This document shows, piece after piece, positions 14,026 through 33,688 of a DNA stretch of 64,000 nucleotides; the stretch's first letter is position 1, and each line of letters starts with the position of its first letter. Location: positions 1,612,001-1,676,000 of the forward strand of contig OZ024743.1 of assembly GCA_964016885.1 (NCBI GenBank), in the 5' to 3' direction. The position numbers were made by a program, and so were the translations under genes. Origin of the DNA: Eledone cirrhosa (lineage: Eukaryota). The notes under the pieces are model-generated. The model was not told where the DNA came from. It ran no database searches and worked only from the letters and a program-made list of their open reading frames with translations.

Positions 14026-17000
14026 ATAAATTGAAACATAAATGAAAACGAAATTTCATTTCTCACTCTTAGTATGGCACTTACTTAAATGTAAGTATGC
14101 ATGTATACGTACATACATATATGTATACAGACGTACAGTAGCATGCACATATATATATATATATACATATATATATACATATGCATACAGGTACACATAC
14201 ATATATGCACGTATCAGTTTAGCGGCGCTAACGTCGCTTTGTTCGTTTGTAAACAAACTGAACAGCCTGAATTTATGCCATACGGTGTTAAGGCAACCAC
14301 GTCACCTTTTTGTTCAACACTGACACAGGAACGATGTACTAGTTTCAAGCTTGTTAGCTATCATCAGCACCGTTTACCCATCTGCCAGATAGTTGAACGT
14401 TCGAAAGTATATACTTTCCTTATGAAAATTAACGGCTGAGCAGCCTAATTTGCATATTGAGTGAGTTAAATCGGTCAGGCATACCGAAAACGATAAATTG
14501 AAACATAAATGAAAACGAAATTTCATTTCTCACTCTTAGTATGGCACTTACTTAAATGTAAGTATGCATGTATACGTACATACATATATGTATACAGACG
14601 TACAGTAGCATGCACATATATATATATATATACATATATATATACATATGCATACAGGTACACATACATATATGCACGTATCAGTTTAGCGGCGCTAACG
14701 TCGCTTTGTTCGTTTGTAAACAAACTGAACAGCCTGAATTTATGCCATACGGTGTTAAGGCAACCACGTCACCTTTTTGTTCAACACTGACACAGGAACG
14801 ATGTACTAGTTTCAAGCTTGTTAGCTATCATCAGCACCGTTTACCCATCTGCCAGATAGTTGAACGTTCGAAAGTATATACTTTCCTTATGAAAATTAAC
14901 GGCTGAGCAGCCTAATTTGCATATTGAGTGAGTTAAATCGGTCAGGCATACCGAAAACGATAAATTGAAACATAAATGAAAACGAAATTTCATTTCTCAC
15001 TCTTAGTATGGCACTTACTTAAATGTAAGTATGCATGTATACGTACATACATATATGTATACAGACGTACAGTAGCATGCACATATATATATATATATAC
15101 ATATATATATACATATGCATACAGGTACACATACATATATGCACGTATCAGTTTAGCGGCGCTAACGTCGCTTTGTTCGTTTGTAAACAAACTGAACAGC
15201 CTGAATTTATGCCATACGGTGTTAAGGCAACCACGTCACCTTTTTGTTCAACACTGACACAGGAACGATGTACTAGTTTCAAGCTTGTTAGCTATCATCA
15301 GCACCGTTTACCCATCTGCCAGATAGTTGAACGTTCGAAAGTATATACTTTCCTTATGAAAATTAACGGCTGAGCAGCCTAATTTGCATATTGAGTGAGT
15401 TAAATCGGTCAGGCATACCGAAAACGATAAATTGAAACATAAATGAAAACGAAATTTCATTTCTCACTCTTAGTATGGCACTTACTTAAATGTAAGTATG
15501 CATGTATACGTACATACATATATGTATACAGACGTACAGTAGCATGCACATATATATATATATATACATATATATATACATATGCATACAGGTACACATA
15601 CATATATGCACGTATCAGTTTAGCGGCGCTAACGTCGCTTTGTTCGTTTGTAAACAAACTGAACAGCCTGAATTTATGCCATACGGTGTTAAGGCAACCA
15701 CGTCACCTTTTTGTTCAACACTGACACAGGAACGATGTACTAGTTTCAAGCTTGTTAGCTATCATCAGCACCGTTTACCCATCTGCCAGATAGTTGAACG
15801 TTCGAAAGTATATACTTTCCTTATGAAAATTAACGGCTGAGCAGCCTAATTTGCATATTGAGTGAGTTAAATCGGTCAGGCATACCGAAAACGATAAATT
15901 GAAACATAAATGAAAACGAAATTTCATTTCTCACTCTTAGTATGGCACTTACTTAAATGTAAGTATGCATGTATACGTACATACATATATGTATACAGAC
16001 GTACAGTAGCATGCACATATATATATATATATACATATATATATACATATGCATACAGGTACACATACATATATGCACGTATCAGTTTAGCGGCGCTAAC
16101 GTCGCTTTGTTCGTTTGTAAACAAACTGAACAGCCTGAATTTATGCCATACGGTGTTAAGGCAACCACGTCACCTTTTTGTTCAACACTGACACAGGAAC
16201 GATGTACTAGTTTCAAGCTTGTTAGCTATCATCAGCACCGTTTACCCATCTGCCAGATAGTTGAACGTTCGAAAGTATATACTTTCCTTATGAAAATTAA
16301 CGGCTGAGCAGCCTAATTTGCATATTGAGTGAGTTAAATCGGTCAGGCATACCGAAAACGATAAATTGAAACATAAATGAAAACGAAATTTCATTTCTCA
16401 CTCTTAGTATGGCACTTACTTAAATGTAAGTATGCATGTATACGTACATACATATATGTATACAGACGTACAGTAGCATGCACATATATATATATATATA
16501 CATATATATATACATATGCATACAGGTACACATACATATATGCACGTATCAGTTTAGCGGCGCTAACGTCGCTTTGTTCGTTTGTAAACAAACTGAACAG
16601 CCTGAATTTATGCCATACGGTGTTAAGGCAACCACGTCACCTTTTTGTTCAACACTGACACAGGAACGATGTACTAGTTTCAAGCTTGTTAGCTATCATC
16701 AGCACCGTTTACCCATCTGCCAGATAGTTGAACGTTCGAAAGTATATACTTTCCTTATGAAAATTAACGGCTGAGCAGCCTAATTTGCATATTGAGTGAG
16801 TTAAATCGGTCAGGCATACCGAAAACGATAAATTGAAACATAAATGAAAACGAAATTTCATTTCTCACTCTTAGTATGGCACTTACTTAAATGTAAGTAT
16901 GCATGTATACGTACATACATATATGTATACAGACGTACAGTAGCATGCACATATATATATATATACATATATATATACATATGCATACAGGTACACATAC

Positions 17001-17204
17001 ATATATGCACGTATCAGTTTAGCGGCGCTAACGTCGCTTTGTTCGTTTGTAAACAAACTGAACAGCCTGAATTTATGCCATACGGTGTTAAGGCAACCAC
17101 GTCACCTTTTTGTTCAACACTGACACATATATATATATATATATATGTGCATGCTACTGTACGTCTGTATACATATATGTATGTACGTATACATGCATAC
17201 TTAC
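14026..17204 (-). mobile_element. Retrozyme-like tandem array A: 467-bp unit, ~6.6 near-identical copies plus short inverted tail
   Basis: Units start at 14026, 14493, 14960, 15427, 15894, 16361 and 16828 (ORF track repeats every 467 bp); array ends 17127; ~17128-17204 is an inverted piece of the unit; in (TA)n. Confidence 0.92.
14330..14374 (-). ncRNA. Minimal type I hammerhead ribozyme, array A (copies also at 14797, 15264, 15731, 16198, 16665; 45 nt each)
   Basis: aacggtg-CTGATGA-t agct aaca agct t-GAAA-ctag-TA-catcgtt. Helix I 7 bp, palindromic helix III ACUAGU, GUA site. Confidence 0.9.
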
Positions 17205-17209
17205 ATATA

Positions 17210-17327
<118 letters not shown>

Positions 17328-17822
17328 ATTTTCGTGCCCCATATCGGTATGTAGATATTTCGTCTCGTTTTCTTGTCCAATTAGGGTTTTCATCGTGAAT
17401 AGCTATCTTCCTTTAGATATTTAGTATTGATGCACAGGGAGGAATATTACTGTCTTTTAAAGCAACCGAAGCTGTAATAATCCCCAAAAGACAGTCGATG
17501 AGCAGCCAATGTCCATGTGCTTGTATTTCCCAAATAGTCTATTTCCTTTGTAAGCCCTACATATTTTTTTGTGATATTTTCCTTGTAAGCGACACAGCCT
17601 AATTTCAAAATCAAAACTGTTGATTAGTACTTCTGAGGTTCTTTCTCTTTCACTCACCCTCCCTCCGTCTATTTATCTATCTAGCTAGCTGTCTACCTAC
17701 CTATCAATCTGTTTATCTATCTATCTACCTGTTTATCTATGTATATATCTATCCATGTACCTATCTATCTATTTATCCATCTATCTATCCTTCTCTCTCT
17801 CTCTCTCTCTCTCTCTTTTTCT

Positions 17823-18022
17823 NNNNNNNNNNNNNNNNNNNNNNNNNNNNNNNNNNNNNNNNNNNNNNNNNNNNNNNNNNNNNNNNNNNNNNNNNNNNNN
17901 NNNNNNNNNNNNNNNNNNNNNNNNNNNNNNNNNNNNNNNNNNNNNNNNNNNNNNNNNNNNNNNNNNNNNNNNNNNNNNNNNNNNNNNNNNNNNNNNNNNN
18001 NNNNNNNNNNNNNNNNNNNNNN
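17823..18022. other. Assembly gap (200 N)
   Basis: Run of N. Confidence 1.
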
Positions 18023-18643
<621 letters not shown>

Positions 18644-21336
18644 AGACGGTAATATGTGTCACATATCGGCCGCCCGATGCCCCCAGTCATGAGGGTAAAT
18701 TTGAGGATAGCCTAAGTAGGATAGAAGAGGTCCTTGACAAACTGGACCAGGGTCTCAACATCCTACTGCTGGGAGACTTCAACCTACCAAAGGTCAAATG
18801 GCCTGAGAGCCACCTCCTCCCTGGAATGACGTCAATAGAACAGAGACAGACGGAATCCCTGCTGGCCCTCACACACAGGCTGTTCATTGAGCAAGCAATA
18901 CTCCTCCCAACAAGAGGCGAAAATGTCCTGGACCTCTGTTTACAAACAACGAAGTGCTCATCCACAATGTAAAGGTGACACCAACAATTCTCTCGGATCA
19001 TAACTTGGTAGAGCTAATGATATGTGGTCCAAGAGAACCAACAGAGACAAAACCACCAAGAAGCTCCGGGACGCTATCCAGCCTTAACTTCTACGGGGCT
19101 GACTGGAAGAAGATTAAGAGTGAAATCCGGAAGCAAACGTGGAGTGCAAACATCGCCACACAAGACACTAACACACAATTTCAACACTTCATGACAACGA
19201 TACACACCATATGCAAAAAGTGTGTCCCGGAGAAAGAGGCAAACAGACACAAAAATCTTATTCCCAGAGATAGGAAAATCCTTATGAGACGTAGAACTAA
19301 ACTCTCAAACCAATTGAATAGTCAACAAAACCAAAACAAGAAGGAATCCTATTTGAAACGTGCACTACTTGACACCGAGATTGCACTCAAGCTTTCACAT
19401 GAGAATGAGAGGGCAAGGAAAGAGAACAGGGCCATAGAAAACATTAAAACAAACCCTAAGGCCTTCTTTAAATTTGCAAAAGAAACTGCCTCAGTACACT
19501 GCAAGATTGGACCACTCTTCCACACGGACGGTTCATTAACCGAAAATCCCCAAGAGATATGTGAAATACTGAACGAACAGTACAAAAGTGTCTTCACATG
19601 TCCACTGAGGCACATGCAAATAACGAAGCCAGAGGAGTTCTTTGATGCCACAACACTACATCAAGAAATGGCAACCATCAACCACATAGACATAACGGAG
19701 GAGGATGTGGTGTACGCCATTGATGAAATTAGAACAGACTCGGCTGCTGGACCTGATGGATTCCCAGCAGTTCTCCTAAAAATATGTAAGCGGGCCTTAG
19801 CAACTCCACTGAAGATGCTCTTCAGAAGCTCCTTGGCTAGCGGTGTACTACCCAGGGAGCTGAAAGAAGGCACAATATGCCCTATCCATAAAGGAGGTAG
19901 TAGAGCGGAGGCCAAGAACTATAGGCCAGTCTCCCTGACGTCGCATATCAGTAAGGTCATGGAGCGAGTCGTCAGAAAGAAACTAATCACTTTCCTCGAA
20001 GAAAATGACCGCCTGACTAGCACGCAACATGGCTTCCGCCCAGGAAGAAGCTGCCTTACACAGCTGATACATCACTACGACTGGGTACTGAGACAGCTAC
20101 TAGACAGCTCACATGTAGACGTGATATATCTTGACTTTGCGAAGGCCTTTGACAAGGTCGACCACGGAATGATATGTCACAAACTACACGGACTCGGCAA
20201 GTCGCAGCAAATGGGGCCCTCTCGAGGGAAACACCGATAACAAGTGGGGTGCCTCAGGGGACAGTCCTGGGACCACTACTGTTTTTGGTGGCTCTCTCGG
20301 ACATGCCCTCTGTGGTGCATGCAACAACATCCCTCACTAGCTATGCTGATGACACTAAGGTAGCACAGGCAATCAAAAACCCGGCTGACGCTGCCCTCTT
20401 ACAGCAGGATCTGGATGCCATATACAGATGGGCGGAAGAAAACAACATGCAGTTTAATGCTGGCAAATTCCAAGCCCTATAATACAAACCTGCAAACACA
20501 AACACAAATATAGCGGAACACAGCTACACAGGACCAGGAGGGACCGATATCTCCGTGTCAAAATCGATACGAGACCTGGGCATAGACATGAGCGATGATG
20601 CATCTTTTTCTTCACACATCATGAAGGTGGCGACAGCATGTAGACGATTCGCTGGCTGGATCTTGAGGACTTTCCTTACAAGAGATCGAGACACCATGTT
20701 GACACTGTGGAGGACTTTTGTCCTAAGCCGCCTGGACTACTGCTCCCAGCTGTGGTCACCCCATAGTGTCAAACTAACCACAGAGCTTGAGGCAATCCAG
20801 CGAAGCTACACCAAGAGGATTGCCAAGATGAGGGAGACAAGCTATTGGGAGAGGCTGAAGGAACTGACACCTCTACTCCTTGGAGCGAAGACGGGGAGAG
20901 ATACGCAGTGATCTACATGTGGAAAATCCTGGAGGGACTAGCACCAAACTTTGGCATTGGGAGCTGGACCAACCGTCGAACAGGACGTCACTGTGTGGTG
21001 CCAAAGGTCCCGTCTTCCACATCTAGAATAAGGAGCAGGTATTGCAATAGCCTGGGATTCAAGGGCCCTCAACTCTTCAACAGGCTGCCGAGGCATCTGC
21101 GAGACTTGCATGACGTGGAGGTGGATGTCTTTAAGAAACATCTCGACACCTTGTTATCCAGGATCCCGGATGAGCCCACAGCAAGACACGAGGGAAACCT
21201 AAGGGCAGCAGCAACAAACTCCCTCCTACACCAGTGGCCAACCTATACAGGCTGGAGATAAAATGTGTAGCAACAAGGGCGGTGCCCCAGCATGGCCTCA
21301 GCCGGATGGCTGAAACAGGTAAAAGAGTAAAAGAGA
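18644..21336 (+). mobile_element. CR1-group LINE, 5'-truncated ORF2 (APE + RT) pseudogene with 3' stem-loop, in (TA)n
   Basis: [23 protein letters not shown] (APE); [43 protein letters not shown] (RT). Frameshifts near 18945, 20197 (deletion) and 20870; stop at 20480; tail ggtaaaagagtaaaagag. A 3'-end copy is also at 45724-45772. Confidence 0.92.
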
Positions 21337-27482
<6,146 letters not shown>

Positions 27483-27779
27483 ATAAAAACAAATAACGAA
27501 ACGAAATTAAATTTCGTTTCGTTTGTAACTCACTTTTGTATGACTGACGCTTAAACAATTAAGTTAAAGATGTACATCCATATATGTATACTGAAATACT
27601 AGTATGTATATGAATACACACACGTATACATATGTAGATGTACCAAGTTTTTTCACTGGTCACTTTTACTGTGAGTGGCCAGCTATTCTGTATGTAAACA
27701 CACAGACAAACCGGTTTTTAGAGTCATACTGGTTTTTGAGGAAACACCTTTCCTCTATTCTCCAGAAAGCCAGACAAGG

Positions 27780-27824
27780 AATATTGAACTAGTTTCGTTG
27801 TTGTTACAACTCATCAGCAATATT
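27780..27824 (-). ncRNA. Minimal type I hammerhead, array B left arm (copies at 28246, 28712, 29179, 29646, 30113, 30580, 31047, 31514, 31981)
   Basis: aatattg-CTGATGA-gttg taacaa caac-GAAA-ctag-TT-caatatt. Palindromic helix III AACUAGUU, GUU site. Confidence 0.9.
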
Positions 27825-30800
27825 TACTATCTTCCGGCCTCTCTAGAGAATCGTAAAAGCACATATCGTTATTGCTTATTTCTATGAAAATTAGTAGTGG
27901 GCAGACTAATTTGCATAGAGTGTGAGTAAGTACCGGTTCAACGGAGACGATAAAAACAAATAACGAAACGAAATTAAATTTCGTTTCGTTTGTAACTCAC
28001 TTTTGTATGACTGACGCTTAAACAATTAAGTTAAAGATGTACATCCATATATGTATACTGAAATACTAGTATGTATATGAATACACACACGTATACATAT
28101 GTAGATGTACCAAGTTTTTTCACTGGTCACTTTACTGTGAGTGGCCAGCTATTCTGTATGTAAACACACAGACAAACCGGTTTTTAGAGTCATACTGGTT
28201 TTTGAGGAAACACCTTTCCTCTATTCTCCAGAAAGCCAGACAAGGAATATTGAACTAGTTTCGTTGTTGTTACAACTCATCAGCAATATTTACCTATCTT
28301 CCGGCCTCTCTAGAGAATCGTAAAAGCACATATCGTTATATGCTTTTTCTATGAAAATTAGTAGTGGGCAGACCAATTTGCATAGAGTGTGAGTAAGTAC
28401 CGGTTCAACGGAGACGATAAAACAAATAACGAAACGAAATTAAATTTCGTTTCGTTTGTAACTCACTTTTGTATGACTGACGCTTAAACAATTAAGTTAA
28501 AGATGTACATCCATATATGTATACTGAAATACTAGTATGTATATGAATACACACACGTATACATATGTAGATGTACCAAGTTTTTTCACTGGTCACTTTA
28601 CTGTGAGTGGCCAGCTATTCTGTATGTAAACACACAGACAAACCGGTTTTTAGAGTCATACTGGTTTTTGAGGAAACACCTTTCCTCTATTCTCCAGAAA
28701 GCCAGACAAGGAATATTGAACTAGTTTCGTTGTTGTTACAACTCATCAGCAATATTTACCTATCTTCCGGCCTCTCTAGAGAATCGTAAAAGCACATATC
28801 GTTATATGCTTTTTCTATGAAAATTAGTAGTGGGCAGACTAATTTGCATAGAGTGTGAGTAAGTACCGGTTCAACGGAGACGATAAAAACAAATAACGAA
28901 ACGAAATTAAATTTCGTTTCGTTTGTAACTCACTTTTGTATGACTGACGCTTAAACAATTAAGTTAAAGATGTACATCCATATATGTATACTGAAATACT
29001 AGTATGTATATGAATACACACACGTATACATATGTAGATGTACCAAGTTTTTTCACTGGTCACTTTACTGTGAGTGGCCAGCTATTCTGTATGTAAACAC
29101 ACAGACAAACCGGTTTTTAGAGTCATACTGGTTTTTGAGGAAACACCTTTCCTCTATTCTCCAGAAAGCCAGACAAGGAATATTGAACTAGTTTCGTTGT
29201 TGTTACAACTCATCAGCAATATTTACCTATCTTCCGGCCTCTCTAGAGAATCGTAAAAGCACATATCGTTATATGCTTTTTCTATGAAAATTAGTAGTGG
29301 GCAGACCAATTTGCATAGAGTGTGAGTAAGTACCGGTTCAACGGAGACGATAAAAACAAATAACGAAACGAAATTAAATTTCGTTTCGTTTGTAACTCAC
29401 TTTTGTATGACTGACGCTTAAACAATTAAGTTAAAGATGTACATCCATATATGTATACTGAAATACTAGTATGTATATGAATACACACACGTATACATAT
29501 GTAGATGTACCAAGTTTTTTCACTGGTCACTTTACTGTGAGTGGCCAGCTATTCTGTATGTAAACACACAGACAAACCGGTTTTTAGAGTCATACTGGTT
29601 TTTGAGGAAACACCTTTCCTCTATTCTCCAGAAAGCCAGACAAGGAATATTGAACTAGTTTCGTTGTTGTTACAACTCATCAGCAATATTTACCTATCTT
29701 CCGGCCTCTCTAGAGAATCGTAAAAGCACATATCGTTATATGCTTTTTCTATGAAAATTAGTAGTGGGCAGACTAATTTGCATAGAGTGTGAGTAAGTAC
29801 CGGTTCAACGGAGACGATAAAAACAAATAACGAAACGAAATTAAATTTCGTTTCGTTTGTAACTTACTTTTGTATGACTGACGCTTAAACAATTAAGTTA
29901 AAGATGTACATCCATATATGTATACTGAAATACTAGTATGTATATGAATACACACACGTATACATATGTAGATGTACCAAGTTTTTTCACTGGTCACTTT
30001 ACTGTGAGTGGCCAGCTATTCTGTATGTAAACACACAGACAAACCGGTTTTTAGAGTCATACTGGTTTTTGAGGAAACACCTTTCCTCTATTCTCCAGAA
30101 AGCCAGACAAGGAATATTGAACTAGTTTCGTTGTTGTTACAACTCATCAGCAATATTTACCTATCTTCCGGCCTCTCTAGAGAATCGTAAAAGCACATAT
30201 CGTTATATGCTTTTTCTATGAAAATTAGTAGTGGGCAGACCAATTTGCATAGAGTGTGAGTAAGTACCGGTTCAACGGAGACGATAAAAACAAATAACGA
30301 AACGAAATTAAATTTCGTTTCGTTTGTAACTCACTTTTGTATGACTGACGCTTAAACAATTAAGTTAAAGATGTACATCCATATATGTATACTGAAATAC
30401 TAGTATGTATATGAATACACACACGTATACATATGTAGATGTACCAAGTTTTTTCACTGGTCACTTTACTGTGAGTGGCCAGCTATTCTGTATGTAAACA
30501 CACAGACAAACCGGTTTTTAGAGTCATACTGGTTTTTGAGGAAACACCTTTCCTCTATTCTCCAGAAAGCCAGACAAGGAATATTGAACTAGTTTCGTTG
30601 TTGTTACAACTCATCAGCAATATTTACCTATCTTCCGGCCTCTCTAGAGAATCGTAAAAGCACATATCGTTATATGCTTTTTCTATGAAAATTAGTAGTG
30701 GGCAGACCAATTTGCATAGAGTGTGAGTAAGTACCGGTTCAACGGAGACGATAAAAACAAATAACGAAACGAAATTAAATTTCGTTTCGTTTGTAACTCA

Positions 30801-32448
30801 CTTTTGTATGACTGACGCTTAAACAATTAAGTTAAAGATGTACATCCATATATGTATACTGAAATACTAGTATGTATATGAATACACACACGTATACATA
30901 TGTAGATGTACCAAGTTTTTTCACTGGTCACTTTACTGTGAGTGGCCAGCTATTCTGTATGTAAACACACAGACAAACCGGTTTTTAGAGTCATACTGGT
31001 TTTTGAGGAAACACCTTTCCTCTATTCTCCAGAAAGCCAGACAAGGAATATTGAACTAGTTTCGTTGTTGTTACAACTCATCAGCAATATTTACCTATCT
31101 TCCGGCCTCTCTAGAGAATCGTAAAAGCACATATCGTTATATGCTTTTTCTATGAAAATTAGTAGTGGGCAGACTAATTTGCATAGAGTGTGAGTAAGTA
31201 CCGGTTCAACGGAGACGATAAAAACAAATAACGAAACGAAATTAAATTTCGTTTCGTTTGTAACTCACTTTTGTATGACTGACGCTTAAACAATTAAGTT
31301 AAAGATGTACATCCATATATGTATACTGAAATACTAGTATGTATATGAATACACACACGTATACATATGTAGATGTACCAAGTTTTTTCACTGGTCACTT
31401 TACTGTGAGTGGCCAGCTATTCTGTATGTAAACACACAGACAAACCGGTTTTTAGAGTCATACTGGTTTTTGAGGAAACACCTTTCCTCTATTCTCCAGA
31501 AAGCCAGACAAGGAATATTGAACTAGTTTCGTTGTTGTTACAACTCATCAGCAATATTTACCTATCTTCCGGCCTCTCTAGAGAATCGTAAAAGCACATA
31601 TCGTTATATGCTTTTTCTATGAAAATTAGTAGTGGGCAGACCAATTTGCATAGAGTGTGAGTAAGTACCGGTTCAACGGAGACGATAAAAACAAATAACG
31701 AAACGAAATTAAATTTCGTTTCGTTTGTAACTCACTTTTGTATGACTGACGCTTAAACAATTAAGTTAAAGATGTACATCCATATATGTATACTGAAATA
31801 CTAGTATGTATATGAATACACACACGTATACATATGTAGATGTACCAAGTTTTTTCACTGGTCACTTTACTGTGAGTGGCCAGCTATTCTGTATGTAAAC
31901 ACACAGACAAACCGGTTTTTAGAGTCATACTGGTTTTTGAGGAAACACCTTTCCTCTATTCTCCAGAAAGCCAGACAAGGAATATTGAACTAGTTTCGTT
32001 GTTGTTACAACTCATCAGCAATATTTACCTATCTTCCGGCCTCTCTAGAGAATCGTAAAAGCACATATCGTTATATGCTTTTTCTATGAAAATTAGTAGT
32101 GGGCAGACTAATTTGCATAGAGTGTGAGTAAGTACCGGTTCAACGGAGACGATAAAAACAAATAACGAAACGAAATTAAATTTCGTTTCGTTTGTAACTC
32201 ACTTTTGTATGACTGACGCTTAAACAATTAAGTTAATTTAACTTAATTGTTTAAGCGTCAGTCATACAAAAGTGAGTTACAAACGAAACGAAATTTAATT
32301 TCGTTTCGTTATTTGTTTTTATCGTCTCCGTTGAACCGGTACTTACTCACACTCTATGCAAATTGGTCTGCCCACTACTAATTTTCATAGAAAAAGCATA
32401 TAACGATATGTGCTTTTACGATTCTCTAGAGAGGCCGGAAGATAGGTA

Positions 32449-32493
32449 AATATTGCTGATGAGTTGTAACAACAACGAAACTAGTTCAATATT
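32449..32493 (+). ncRNA. Minimal type I hammerhead, array B right arm (copies at 32916, 33383)
   Basis: Same motif read directly on the + strand: aatattgctgatgagttgtaacaacaacgaaactagttcaatatt. Confidence 0.9.
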
Positions 32494-33643
32494 CCTTGTC
32501 TGGCTTTCTGGAGAATAGAGGAAAGGTGTTTCCTCAAAAACCAGTATGACTCTAAAAACCGGTTTGTCTGTGTGTTTACATACAGAATAGCTGGCCACTC
32601 ACAGTAAAGTGACCAGTGAAAAAACTTGGTACATCTACATATGTATACGTGTGTGTATTCATATACATACTAGTATTTCAGTATACATATATGGATGTAC
32701 ATCTTTAACTTAATTGTTTAAGCGTCAGTCATACAAAAGTGAGTTACAAACGAAACGAAATTTAATTTCGTTTCGTTATTTGTTTTTATCGTCTCCGTTG
32801 AACCGGTACTTACTCACACTCTATGCAAATTAGTCTGCCCACTACTAATTTTCATAGAAAAAGCATATAACGATATGTGCTTTTACGATTCTCTAGAGAG
32901 GCCGGAAGATAGGTAAATATTGCTGATGAGTTGTAACAACAACGAAACTAGTTCAATATTCCTTGTCTGGCTTTCTGGAGAATAGAGGAAAGGTGTTTCC
33001 TCAAAAACCAGTATGACTCTAAAAACCGGTTTGTCTGTGTGTTTACATACAGAATAGCTGGCCACTCACAGTAAAGTGACCAGTGAAAAAACTTGGTACA
33101 TCTACATATGTATACGTGTGTGTATTCATATACATACTAGTATTTCAGTATACATATATGGATGTACATCTTTAACTTAATTGTTTAAGCGTCAGTCATA
33201 CAAAAGTGAGTTACAAACGAAACGAAATTTAATTTCGTTTCGTTATTTGTTTTTATCGTCTCCGTTGAACCGGTACTTACTCACACTCTATGCAAATTGG
33301 TCTGCCCACTACTAATTTTCATAGAAAAAGCATATAACGATATGTGCTTTTACGATTCTCTAGAGAGGCCGGAAGATAGGTAAATATTGCTGATGAGTTG
33401 TAACAACAACGAAACTAGTTCAATATTCCTTGTCTGGCTTTCTGGAGAATAGAGGAAAGGTGTTTCCTCAAAAACCAGTATGACTCTAAAAACCGGTTTG
33501 TCTGTGTGTTTACATACAGAATAGCTGGCCACTCACAGTAAAGTGACCAGTGAAAAAACTTGGTACATCTACATATGTATACGTGTGTGTATTCATATAC
33601 ATACTAGTATTTCAGTATACATATATGGATGTACATCTTTAAC

Positions 33644-33676
<33 letters not shown>

Positions 33677-33688
33677 CATATACATATA

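Larger units (their letters stand above)
27483..33643. mobile_element. Retrozyme-like tandem array B: 467-bp unit, 10.2 copies plus 3 inverted copies (palindrome centre 32237)
   Basis: Units start at 27483, 27950, 28417, 28883, 29350...32152; centre aattaagttaa-t-ttaacttaatt; inverted arm 32238-33643; (TA)n flanks. Confidence 0.93.

Noticed and set aside
27675-33532. Repeated 60-aa ORF in array B
   Set aside because: GTG start, antisense to the HHR, not conserved in array A; likely a chance frame.
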